Shown here: positions 1 to 11,439 of the stretch, in pieces
Layout: every line of letters begins with the position of its first letter
Position numbering within the stretch: position 1 is the stretch's first letter
Source: Moniliella sp. 'wahieum'
Taxonomy: Eukaryota
NCBI GenBank assembly: GCA_003971905.1
Contig: RSEE01000096.1
Span: forward strand, 62,001 to 126,000
DNA length: 64,000 bases
Direction: 5' to 3'
Notes under the pieces: generated by a model
What the model was told of the DNA's origin: nothing
Database searches by the model: none
Seen by the model: only the letters and a program-made list of their open reading frames with translations
Translations under genes and position numbers: made by a program

Positions 1-177
1 AGGCCATGGGCGTTGCTGCGCTCGGCGCGACGCAAGATGCTCAAAACGTTTGATGCGGTGCGCAAACGGTACGGTATCCCCGACCCGCCGTCGATCAAGG
101 CTGAAAAGGCCGTGCGAAGGAAAAGGAAGCTGCGGGCGTGCCTCCCGTCCCGCGTTGCCTACCCGCAACCAGAGTGA
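1..177 (+). CDS. 3' end of an unidentified gene entering from the left edge
   Basis: Frame 1 is open from base 1 to TGA at 175-177 (RPWALLRSARRKMLKTFDAVRKRYGIPDPPSIKAEK...). No family recognised. Confidence 0.3.
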   Translation, partial: RPWALLRSARRKMLKTFDAVRKRYGIPDPPSIKAEKAVRRKRKLRACLPSRVAYPQPE

Positions 178-904
178 GCAGATCCACGCCCGTCGGCGCT
201 CTTGCCCAGTGGGTTTGGGTTTGCGTTTGCCTTTGTCTGCCCCGGTAGGCGGTTGAGTCGGGTCCAGTGAAAGTGCAAGCGCTGGTGGGGCTAGGGACTG
301 GGGACTGTGGTGGATTGGTGCATGGCGCATGGCGCATGGCGCAGATGCGCAGCTGCCGGGTCGCTAGTCTCTAGTCTCTAGTCACTCTACTCTCTCGTCA
401 CTATGCTACGTTTTGTCCCTGTTATTGGTGGTGGTGGTGGTGGTGGGGATGGAGTGGCGGGAGATGGAGCATAGATCGATAGGGATAAGCCTTGGTAGGC
501 ACCAGGATAGCTGCTTGTGCAGTGGAATCGTAAATGTCCCTGTCGAATGTGCTGCGAATGGCGAATGGCGGCGACGCCCCGTTGGGGCACGGATGCGCCG
601 ATCGGCGCAGGGTACCGGTCACGTGGGTGTGCTGGGCGTGACGCGTGACGTGCGACGCGTGACATGGATATCACATGTCAGGTGCACCACACCTTCCACG
701 TCAGCACGAGAAGGGTGCGATGGGGGTGCTCGCCTGCTCCCCGCTCCTCGTCCTGTCTTTTGCCGAGGCCGTTCCCCACCACCGTCACGGCTACCGTCAC
801 GGCTACCGTCACGACTACCGTCACGACCGCCCTGCCGCCCCCCGTCTCCGTCTCCGTCTCCGTTCCCGCCGTCGTCTCCGTTGGCCCCCCCGTGTGTAAG
901 CGCC

Positions 905-2931
905 ATGTCGGTACAAGCGCATACCCAAGCGCATACCCAAGCGCATACCCAAGCGCATACGCGCCTCGCCTCGGTGCTCGACACGATCCAGCGTGAGTTT
1001 GAGCTGTTGCACCAGGACGCCGGTGCGTCGCGCGCAGAGTGCGACGGTGTCCAGTCTCTCTCTGCCCAGCTGCACGAGGTGCAGCAAATGCGTTTGCTGT
1101 TTGCCCAGCTCGAGAAGCGGCACTCGGACTTGCTTGCTGGGTATGTCTGTCTGTCTCTTTTTCGTCTGCTCTGTCTGTTTTCATATCTTGTCTTATGCTG
1201 TGCTAACTCCCCGCCCCGCCCATGCGTAGCTACGATGAACAGATTTACCGGCTGCGAATGCAATTGCAAGCGCACGGTACGGAAGCGGACGAACGTCCGC
1301 TGCAAGAGCGGGACGAAGGGCAGTACGCCAGCCCGTCACCAAGTGGGAACATGCGCAGCCGCACGTTGCCATGCGCGACGACGCGCCGGATCCGGAGCTG
1401 GAGACCCAGGACAAGACCAAACGTATCCGCTTGACTGACCCCACCGCGCGCGATTGGACGGTCGAACGCGACTTGCCCGCATTGTCGGTTCCAGCTCCGT
1501 TGGACGAGCCTCCCGATACCCACTCCCCACGCCCCCGCCCGCCCACTCTCCACCTGCTTCGGAACCGCAGCAGGGGACGACCAACCGGTGCGCCCTGCTG
1601 TCGACGCCCACCCGAACCGACTGCGACTACGACCGCGACTGCGACTGCGAACCCGAACTCGACCCCGAACCGAACCCGGACCCAGCCGCCAGTGCAGCGG
1701 CCGAAGCCAATCGTGCCGTGGCTAACCTGAGCGATCTGGACCCGGACGAGGTGCCGAAGGAACTCAAGACCGAAGGTAGCGATTGGCATGCGATTTTCAA
1801 TCCGCAGGTGAAGCGGGTGTTGGATGTGAATTTGATGCAGACCTTGATGCATGAGTCGGTGGTGTGCTGTGTGCGGTTCTCGCGCGATGGCACGTTGCTC
1901 GCGACGGGGTGCAATGGGCAAGCGTGCATCTACGAGACAAAACGGGAGCCAAGGTAGCTGAGCTTGTGCACCGTGCCCCTTCCGGCGACCTGTACGTCCG
2001 CTCCGTCTGCTTCTCTCCTGATGGCGCGTCGCTCGCCACGGGCGCCGAGGACAACCTCATTCGTATCTGGGACATTGGCAAGGGTAAGGATAAGGGTAAG
2101 GCCAAGCTGATGCACCTGCTCCAAGGTCACAAACAAGAAATTTACTCGCTCGACTGGTCGGCTGATGGCGCCTGCTCGCCTCAGGCTCGGGCGACAACAC
2201 CATGCGTATCTGGGACACCAACTCGGGCACCTTACGTCACACATGTTACATTGATATTGACCCTACCAATGATACTGACCAGCCTGATGTCGACCATGGC
2301 GTGACCAGCGTCTCGATCCACCTTCCTCTCGGTGGTCGCGGCGGGCTCACTGGACTCGGTGGTACGTGTCTGGGACACAGATACCGCGCGCCAAGTCGAG
2401 TCGCTCCCGGGCCACAGCGACTCGGTGTACTCGGTCGCCTTCTGCCCGATGGCTCTTACCTCCTGTCCGGGTCGCTGGACAAGACGGTGAAAAAGTGGGA
2501 TGTAAGTGCAACACTGGACAAGGTCCTGGGCGAAGCCAACTTGCCACCGCCACCCACACCAGGACGGGAGCAACCACCACAAGCACCACCACCACCACCC
2601 AAGACCCCGAGCCAAGGCAACGCGAATACGAACGGGAACGTGAATGCGAACGCGAACGTGGACGTGAACGTGTCACGTTGGAAGGCCATCGGGACTATGT
2701 GTTATCAGTTTCCTGTTCGCCCAATGGCGAGTGGGCCGTGTCTGGTTCCAAGGACCGTGCCGTGCAATTTTGGCGCCCCAGCACGGGCCACGCTCAATTT
2801 GTCTTGCATGGCCACCAAAACTCGGTGATTGCCATCCATGTCTCCCCGCCGGCAACTTGTTCGCCACGGGCTCTGGCGACTTTACTGCCCGCATCTGGAG
2901 CTACGAACGCACGGCGCCCGACGACGAATAG
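905..2931 (+). CDS. TUP1: General transcriptional corepressor Tup1 (Tup_N coiled coil plus WD40 repeats)
   Basis: N-terminal [131 protein letters not shown]. Intron about 1141-1229 (GTATGT..GCTAAC..TAG). Several indels. Confidence 0.93.
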
Positions 2932-3171
2932 GTAACGAATATCGCCGCTGGTGTGCGCTAGTTGTGCGTTGCGCCGATTGCGGTCTCTCCTCCCTAGGGG
3001 CTTTTGGTCTCTCTCTGCCTCTGTCTCTTCCCCTTCCCTTTCCTTCCCCTTCCCCCTCTCTGTGTCCTTCTTGCGTGTTTGTGTGTCCTTCTTGTGTGTG
3101 TTTTCTGCCTGTTTCTTCTGGGGAGGGGGAAGAGCAAAATGTTGGAATGTTACGGTTGGTTGGTTATGGGT

Positions 3172-3977
3172 TCATTGGAGCACCAGCTCATTGAAGTACA
3201 TGTACTCGGACAGGACGAGGTAGATGTACCGGAACCAAACTAGCTGCGAAGCATGCTGCGCCATGGCGCGAAGCGCACGGCGGTAGTCGCTAGGCGAGGC
3301 GAGGAGACACACTTGGTCGTGGCCTGGTTTGTACAGCCCCAGCACCGCTCGCGATCGGCACATGCTCATTGCCCACACGCCTTGAGCACCGAAAGGTACT
3401 TCCCCACGAGGGCGTGCGAGCGCAACGTCCACACTTGCAGGTTGTTGCGCCCTTGCAGTCCCTGACTCGCTAGGAAACACGCCCGATGGTTCGTGTGGCC
3501 ACTCACGCCCCCGCGATCAAACGTGACCAGTGCATCGGGCTCGATGTGGTCCAGACGGGCAAGCAGGACAGAGCGCACGTAGTCCACGTCCCATTCCGTC
3601 GTCATGCTATCGGGCAACAACTTGTCGTCCAACACCTCCACTGCGCAGAGGGTACCCCCCAGTGCGCGTACGCCGCTTTCGCCTCCTGCACCGCGTGCCG
3701 CCCAACCCCTCAGCGTCCCCGCGACTCAGTACTAGCGCATGCACATCGATCCCCCGCCGCTAGAAACGGCGCGAAAACATCGTCTCATCGTCCGGATGCG
3801 CCGTGAGCAACAGCACTTTTTTGCCCTGCAGAAACGGGCCGTCTGCATCTGCGTCTGCATCCGCGCCCACCTCGCCCTCGCCCGCGGACACGGACACGGA
3901 CAGACACGACACGGACACGGCGGAGAGAACAAGTGCCACTCAAGATCGCTGTAGAAGTAGGAGCACCACCCCCCCAT
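3172..3977 (-). CDS. GPI12: GlcNAc-PI de-N-acetylase (PIG-L/Gpi12)
   Basis: HPDDETMF motif near 3775-3805; LVTFDRGGVSGHTNHRAC; C-terminal AMAQHASQLVWFRYIYLVLSEYMYFNEL. Frameshifted. Confidence 0.9.
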
Positions 3978-4434
3978 TGTCATCCACCGTAGGCCACTCA
4001 ACGTCCAGTCCAGCGCGCTGCGGCGCACCCAAGCCGCCGCAACTGCGTCGACGCGCGCACGCGTCTTCCCGTCGGGGCGGCGGGGCGGGGGCGGACGCGG
4101 GGGAGGCCGCTTCGCCTTCGGCAGACGCTTTGGCCACGGCCCGGGGCGCAGGGACCATCCCCTCCGGTAGGCCGGTGGCGGTGCGCCGGCGGCAATCGCT
4201 CGTCATGGCGCTGGGATCGACGAGGGGCGCGGGGAGGTGGGCGACGGGCGTCAGCCTCATTAATCATTATCACACACGCCAGCAGCCAGCCTCGAATTTG
4301 GATTGGTCGATCAGCCCAGGGCGGAATTTGGCAGCGGCCGCTTGCTTGCCCCTCTACCCACCCCCACACTCGCCCCCCAACCCCACCACCGCTCCCTCGC
4401 GCCCTCGCCCTCGCCCTCCCGCGTAACCGCCGCA

Positions 4435-7028
4435 ATGAGCGCCGGAACGCGCGCACGGCGTCGCTTGCTGCGCCGGCCATCCTCTCCTCGGCGCACAAGC
4501 GCAGCCTGGTCGACCCGGCCTTTGCGCCGCTCGACCCGCTGGTGGTGGATGCGGACGATGTGCTGGCCGCCCTGCCGGTCCGCCTCGTTGCGCCCTACCC
4601 TCGCCCTGGTCAAGCAGGAGCAGTATGCGACCCAAGAAGGCGTCCGCACCCTCGTCGCTCGCCACTACCCGACATGCTCGGTACAGCCACAGATATTGCC
4701 CAGATGCACGTCGCGGCCGATCAGCTGGCACGAGACCTCCACTCTGTCGCCCACGCCTTGCACGCTTCGCCTCCGTCCCGCTCCCGCTCCCCTCCCGCTC
4801 TCGCTCGTCGCTCTCGGTCTCCCTCTCGCTCTCCCTCTCGGCCCCAGACGAACGACCCGGAGGAAGAGCTCGCGCGGACAGTGTACTCGACGGCCGCCTG
4901 TGCTGCTCTCCTCTCGGCGCTTCCTGGTGTGGCAGAGCGTCTTTGCATCCGCGTGCCAAGACGCTCATCTGGCCTGGCTCACAGTCCTCGCCGACGCAGT
5001 GTGGACGTACCTGCTCACCCACGACGCTGAGCCGAGGCACGCTGGCCGCTCCTGCTGCGTGCACGCGACAGCATCAAGCAGATCCAGGCCCGCACCATTT
5101 CCCTCATCCTTCACGGTGGGCGCGCGAGCATCTCCCCTTCCGCACGTTTGTCGAGTGGTGGGGTACGCGTTGCTCACCCCTACGCCTCCGAGCGTCTGCT
5201 TGACCTTGTCCTAGCCCAGAGGGGGGATCGTCTAGCTCACCTCTCTCTCCCGCCTGTCGAGAGCAGAGCAGACCGAAGAGGACCGTGTTGGTGCCTTGCT
5301 CACTCGCTGGGCCCAGGTCTGGTCCGACTCGGTCGTCTTTTCTACCCATGCGTCCTCGCCTACCACGACTCGCAAGGCGCCGTCCCCCTCGCCTTGCACG
5401 ACATTCAATTGGGCACCACTACCCCTCCCACTACTACTACCAATTCCACTCCACTCCCACTCTTACTCCGACCACCACCACCATCACCAAATACTACCAC
5501 TGCCAAGTCCGCTGTCTCCCCTGGGCCAGGTCACTGCTCGCAGTGTCATCCATGACGTGCAAGCGCTCGCCACGGTGCCGCTGGGTGGGTGGGTGGACCA
5601 CCTGCTGCGTCTCTCTGGGCCACCCGCCCCACGACCGACCCCAGTCCATGGGACACGACCAAGCTGGAGCGGTGCTGGCGGCGTGGTGTGAGTCGGTCTT
5701 GGAGCACCTGTGGGACGGGGAGATGGGTGGGCTGTTAGACCGTCTCTCGTCGGTCGCAGCCGTGGGACGGGTGGGGTCGTACGCGGCCGAGGTGGCACAG
5801 CATACGCTCAGTTCCATGAGAGAAAAATTATCTTGCGACGTGGCTTGTGCCCCTGTGCTCCGTAGGCGCGTACCACCCTCTCCACGCTTCGCACCAGCCT
5901 GCAGCGTCGGCTCGACTCGATCCTGGTTGGCCTGTATACAGCCCAACTGGCCGAGATGGGGGAGGGTTTGTCCACCGTCTTGCTGCGCTCGCTACCTTGC
6001 CCGATCAAGATGCCAAGCTCGCGCTTCTTGCCCCGCCTACCGAGGAAGGGGAGACAGGCAAAGAAGAAGACGCTGCTCGACCGACTGCAGGGTCTCACGC
6101 CGGGCGTGAGCACCGTCTCAGTCCGCTCGACGCGGCTGCGGCCAAGGTGGCACGGGAAATGGATGGTTTTTCCGTCAACTGGCTCAGACGGGCACAGAGC
6201 AAAGTTTACGAACGGAATTTGCTTTGGCTGTGCTGGCGTTACTGGACCGCGTGAGCCAGCCTTGTCCGCCACCGACTACAGATGGGGCGAACCGCAGAGC
6301 CGCCGTTACCGCCACGCGCAGCTGGGATGGTATCGTCAGCCTGTGCACAGAGCCGGGCCTTGTCCCACCTCGCGTCGGTGGCTGGGCTAGACGCTGAAAC
6401 GTGCGTGCACACGCGGGTTGGAACAGCTGGCCCAGCGCGGTCGCGCCACTTGGCTCGGCGCACGTGCCTCGGCCATTGCACAGGGCTACGCACGCGCCCT
6501 CTCTTCCGGCGTATCTGTCTCCTCCCCGCTTGTCCTGGACACAGAGCAGGACAAAGGACACGAAGGACACGTTCCCACCCCCTCGCTTGCCCTGCTTACC
6601 GCCCTCCTCGACCTCGCTCGGCCGTACGGCAAGTCGCACCCATCACGGCGCTGGACCGCGGATACTGGAAAGAAGAGGCTCTAGCGCGCGTTCCTTCGAA
6701 CGTGCCAGCCTTCCGACCCGCGCTCTTCTTCCGCCGCTACGAGGCGCGACCTCGCTTTCCTCCATGCGTGTTTTGGACCAGACCTGCCCCGGCCCAAGGC
6801 ACGGACAAGGACAAGGACACGAGCAAAGACAAAGAAAAAGATAAGGACCAGGCCTTGGCCCACCTCGCGCGCTACCGTCTGCTTTTGGCACCGATCCTGT
6901 GCCTCGCCGAGCCCGAACCGCAGTTGCCCCTGCTGCCGCTGCAGCCGGACACGGTGCCGGCGCCCACCGAGCCGTTCGAACAACTCGCCCTCCCCTCGGT
7001 CCATTTTGCGCGCGTAGCCGTCCGCTGA
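4435..7028 (+). CDS. Probable conserved oligomeric Golgi complex subunit 1 (Vps51/COG1-type N-terminus)
   Basis: VKQEQ...VRTLVARHYPDMLGTATDIAQM resembles the COG1/Vps51 LRxxVGxRYRDLL motif. The long helical protein can be stitched across indels. Confidence 0.6.
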
Positions 7029-7286
7029 GCCGGTGTGCTGAAACGGCGTGCTGCGATGGATGGTTTTACGACAGATGTGACCTGCCAAGTCAATGCAAGT
7101 CAAGCCAAGGAAGGAAAGGAAGGGAAAGGCACGACGTGTTCCCTCGGTAGATGGTAGATGCCCGAGGGCCGACCAAGGCATAGGGCAGCCACGGAGAGGG
7201 AGACGGTCATCCCAGGGATCGGATACGAAGAGCAGGTGGGAGTACCGAATTGCATGTCTTTTATGCTAGCCTCAGCTCGCATCCAC

Positions 7287-7375
7287 TCCTCGATGGTCCA
7301 ACGGCTATGATGTGACGCTCTCACTGCTCTCGAGCAGGTACCGTCAAGACCCGGGTTCGACTCCCGGTCGGGGAA
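7287..7375 (+). tRNA. tRNA-Glu(CTC) with 17-nt intron (7324-7340)
   Basis: Acceptor stem TCCTCGA/TCGGGGA; anticodon stem TGACG/CGTCA around CT-CTC-A; T arm CCGGG-TTCGACT-CCCGG; followed by a T8 Pol III terminator. Confidence 0.93.
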
Positions 7376-7632
7376 CTTTTTTTGACGACGGGATAGCCCA
7401 GAGGCGCAGAAGTGCTGTGGGTGAGCAGCGGAATTCCCCCGGCGGAATGCGCCCCGCACCTTTTTTTTTTTCGTCGGCCCTGGATAGCAGGCCAAACTGA
7501 CCGAAACGCAAAAACCTACTATAGGTACCTGCCCAGTGGAGTGGCCCGCTGCTTTGGCCTCACCTCTTCCTCGTCCTCGAGGTCTCTTGTGCTTTCCCCG
7601 CCGCCTCCCTCCCCATACCACCTTTCCGCATC

Positions 7633-8915
7633 ATGGTTGAATCTGCCGCTGGCCCCTCAGCTGCTCCTTCGGCTGCTCCGCCGGCCGTGGCCGCAGCGAA
7701 GAAGAGCAAGAAGGGCAAGCTCATCCGTCCCCGCGGCAAGCGCGGAGGCGCCAAGAACCGGAAAAAGACCTCTTCCACCTCCGATGCCACTTCCAACGCC
7801 AAGGCTACGCCGAAATCTGGGTCCAAATCCGCTTCCAAATCCGCGTCCAAATCGGCATCCCAGACCAAGAGCAAAAAGCAAGCGTCTCACCCTGACCAAA
7901 CCGACCACGCCCAAAAGATCGCCGAGTACCATACCCTGCAAAAGCGCCTGGCCCAGGCCAAGGCACAGAGCCAAACCGGCGATGTTAAAGCCAACCTCGC
8001 TGTGCTGGAGCTGGAGGCGCAGTTGGCGGATTTGGCCGCGTACCAGGCCGAGTCGCTCCGTGGGAAAGATCTGAACAATGCGGGTGAAACGTCCAAGTGG
8101 CTCGTCAAGGCGTTTGGCCCGGAATGGAAGACGTATCAGGCGGAACATGGACGTCGTAGGGTATGTTTACCTCCCCCCCCCCCCGCTATCTCTCTGTCTT
8201 CCTGTTTCTCTCTCTTTCTCTTCCTCTTTCTCTTCCTCTTCTCTTTTCTTTTTTAGGTAAGAGCGAAAAGCTAACATACTTGTCCAGGCTCGGTTGCTCG
8301 ATGTGGGTGGTGCGCTGCGGCCGGCGTATTCAAAGTTTGGCTGGATTGACGCTACTTCGATTGACCTGAACCCGCAAAGGCGAGTTGGTTTCCAAAGCGG
8401 ATTTCTTCCAGTTGGCGCCTCCGGAGGGGGGCGAGGAGGATCCCAAGTTTGATATCGTATCGCTTTCGCTCGTGATTAATTTTGAAGGGGATCTGTTTGC
8501 CAGGGGAGACATGTTGGTGCGTCCGCACCAGTTCCTCACGCCAAGGGGGTACGTATTTGTCGTACTTCCCTTGGCGTGCATGACCAACTCGCGTTACCTC
8601 GACCCGGACACGTTCCGCTCCCTCGTCAACCATGCAGGGTACGACGTGGTGCACCAAGCTGACAGCCTCAAGTTGACTCGCTGGCTTTTGCGTCGCAAAC
8701 TAGTCGAAGGAGGCGAGGCGGAATGGGACGGAACGGTATTCAAAAAGCACGAGGTGCGCGTCGGTCCGGCCTACAATAACTTTTGCATTCGTCTAGGCCG
8801 TTCGGTCGGCGGGAACAAGGCCCAGAACATGGCCACCCAGGTCAAGGAGGGCAGTGAAGATGAACAGGAGGAAGCCGACGAGGACGAGGATAGCGATCCC
8901 GTTGTCAGCGACTAA
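7633..8915 (+). CDS. BMT2: 25S rRNA adenine-N1 methyltransferase Bmt2
   Basis: IAEYHTLQKRL..AYQAESLRG..ETSKWLV; LLDVG; DFF..FDIVSLSLVINF; LPLACMTNSRY; NNFCI. Intron about 8161-8288. Confidence 0.88.
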
Positions 8916-9149
8916 CAAGACCGGTGTTGTTATGTATGTCCTTTTAGCAGCCTATTCTACAGCCAAACGACAAACGCGCAGACAGTCGTGACAGTCGGGA
9001 AAATTGGGTTAGGGGAGAGGACGAGTAGGAAGAAGCGAGGGCCTAGTAGGGACGCAGCGATGCACAGCAACACCACATCCCAAAAACTAAGGCACCACCA
9101 GCCTGAATCTTCGGTGACCTGAACCGGCTTCCAAAATCAATAAAAAAAT

Positions 9150-9237
9150 CGAATCCTGCCGGGGTCGAACCGACGACCATTACCATGACTCTCGGGCGTA
9201 GCCGGAAAGTAACACTCTGCCACTGAGCTAAGGATCC
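9150..9237 (-). tRNA. tRNA-Arg(CCG) with approximately 16-nt intron
   Basis: Reverse complement reads GGATCCT TA GCTC AGTGGCA GAGT G TTACT TT CCG G [intron] T GGTAA TGGTC GTCGG TTCGACC CCGGC AGGATTC G, followed by a T7 terminator. Confidence 0.9.
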
Positions 9238-10324
9238 GTATACCAGCGTGTTACACAGTTGTACTTGTATATGGGAGGAGAGGTTCATCTCACGGTCCTA
9301 TTGTCTTTTTGATCCTTGGATCCTCGGAGGTCCAGCTGTGCTGCTGAATTGCATGGATCGCACCGGCCGATGCTCTCTCGTGTGACATGTGAGTCCTACG
9401 TCGGTTCCTTAATCGATGGCGCCACATGTCATCGATCATCCGTCGTCCCCACAGATGGGGGCTATTGCGTGGGTACTACCTATTAACGCGATGGTGTAAC
9501 CAGGTACCCGGTAACCGGTAATCGATCAAGCACCTCCAGTACTAGTGGGCTTCCGTTCAACCGTGGGTGAACGCGTGAACCGTGCGTTTATTCGTCACTA
9601 GACACTGCGGGGACGCGGACGAGTGGAACGTTGAGAGAGAGAGATATGGCGACGACGTCGGAGATGATCGATGAATCATATCTTTTTGTGAGTGGTATGA
9701 ATCATTGATGATGCAGCTTGATGAAGGAACGTTGTGGTATACGCGTTCCGCGTTACTATCTTTACGCGTTTGACGCGTTTCCTCCCGTTGAACAAGGGAA
9801 CACCCGCCTGAGAACGTGGAAAGAAGCCATGGGATCGACAGTACTACTCAGTTACTCAGTACACTGTACTGACTCATCAGTACTTAGTCTGAATACTCAG
9901 TTGTGTACTCCGTGGGCGTGCTGAGAGGTGCGACTGGAGGGAGACTTGCACGTTGGATGTTGAACAGGTCGAGTCGCGTCTCCGGATCAGATATCTGAAC
10001 TTCAGAGTTCAGGATTCAGGTGAACAACACCTACTACTATCAATACTGGCTTGAAGCGTGAATCGTGTGAATAAGCGTGTCAAGATCGATATCGATCGAT
10101 TGGATCCAGACCCCATGTGGGTGGCTTCTTCCTGTCTCGGTCCTGAGGCCTGATGGGATGGGGTCGTTTTTATATTAGGCTCCGTCCGAGAGGGTCCAAC
10201 TCCAGCGAGAGGAACCTTTTCTGCTTCTTCTATTCTGGTATCGATAATCCTACACGCACCACCTCTTGTTGAGGCGGTGACCGGTCTTTTTCACTGATCA
10301 GACCTGTACCATGTTAAGGGGCGA

Positions 10325-10388
10325 GCAGTGGGGGCAGTGGGGGCAGTGGGGGCAGTGGGGGCAGTGGGGATTGTGGGGGCAGTGGGGC
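10325..10388 (+). repeat. 9-bp tandem repeat (GCAGTGGGG)n
   Basis: About 6-7 copies, one degenerate, seen directly. Confidence 0.9.
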
Positions 10389-11439
10389 TGATGAGGCCCG
10401 TGCGACTGCCCCAGCTACTATAATACCCACCATTTGGACGCATCACACGGCCTCGTTTAAATGATTGCCCGAACGCGCTAGCCCCCCGCAACCCTCGTTA
10501 ATAGGGATGAGCTACATCCCAGCAACAGGAATCATGAATGGAAGCTATGAAGCCTCCACCACTGCAGAATATAGTTTTCAGCTTCTGTGCCATACTGCAT
10601 ACATACAGGAGAGTCACTAGCTGATTATGACTGCTGACTATTAGTGACTAGCGCTGAGCCAGGATGGGAACAGAGTGTGCCGGGTAAACGTTAACAAAGC
10701 TGATGACTGATGCGAGAGCAGAGGCCATGTGACTTTTGGCCTTTCGGTTTTTACCGCACGAAATGGACACGAGTAACAAGTACAAGAGGCTGCGGGAAGT
10801 GGCGCGTGACGCGTGACGCGCGACGTGTGGGACCGAGCAGAGAGGCGGAGGTGGTTGGAGCTTTTGGTGCTTGGAGCTTGGAGCTTGGAGCTTGGAGCTT
10901 GGCGCTTGGAACCCTCTGTTGGGTGCCCTATTATACTCTGGCATAACGAAGCCAGCGTCGTTTGAGCGGCCTGTACCGTCTAAGTCCTCTGTCTGGGCTG
11001 TACATGCCTTTCTTTCTCCCTTCAAGCTTCAAGCTTCAAGCTCTCAAGCCCCAAGCCTCAAGTTCTCAAGCCTCAAATCGCAAGCCTCAAGCTGACCTCA
11101 GAGGCCTCATATCGTTAGCATTGCCAAAACATGGCAGACCTACGGACAGCCACTAAGCAGTACTACTACTACTATCAGTACGTGGCGCGTGCGGGTCGGG
11201 GGGGGGGGGCTATATATCTGACTGTTACCTATTTGCCCTACTTCCACACGGACAGAACCGAAGGCGTCCCGGATGGGCCAGGGGGGGGGGGCGTGGTCGA
11301 GAAGAAAGTGATCTATAGATAAGCAGTGCAGGGGGACGGCAACAGAGGATGGCAAGAGACGGAGGATGGCAACAAAAGAGAGGTTCCGCATCGGGGCAAA
11401 AGGGGGGGGGAGGGGGTAGTTCCAAAAGCTCCAAACGCT

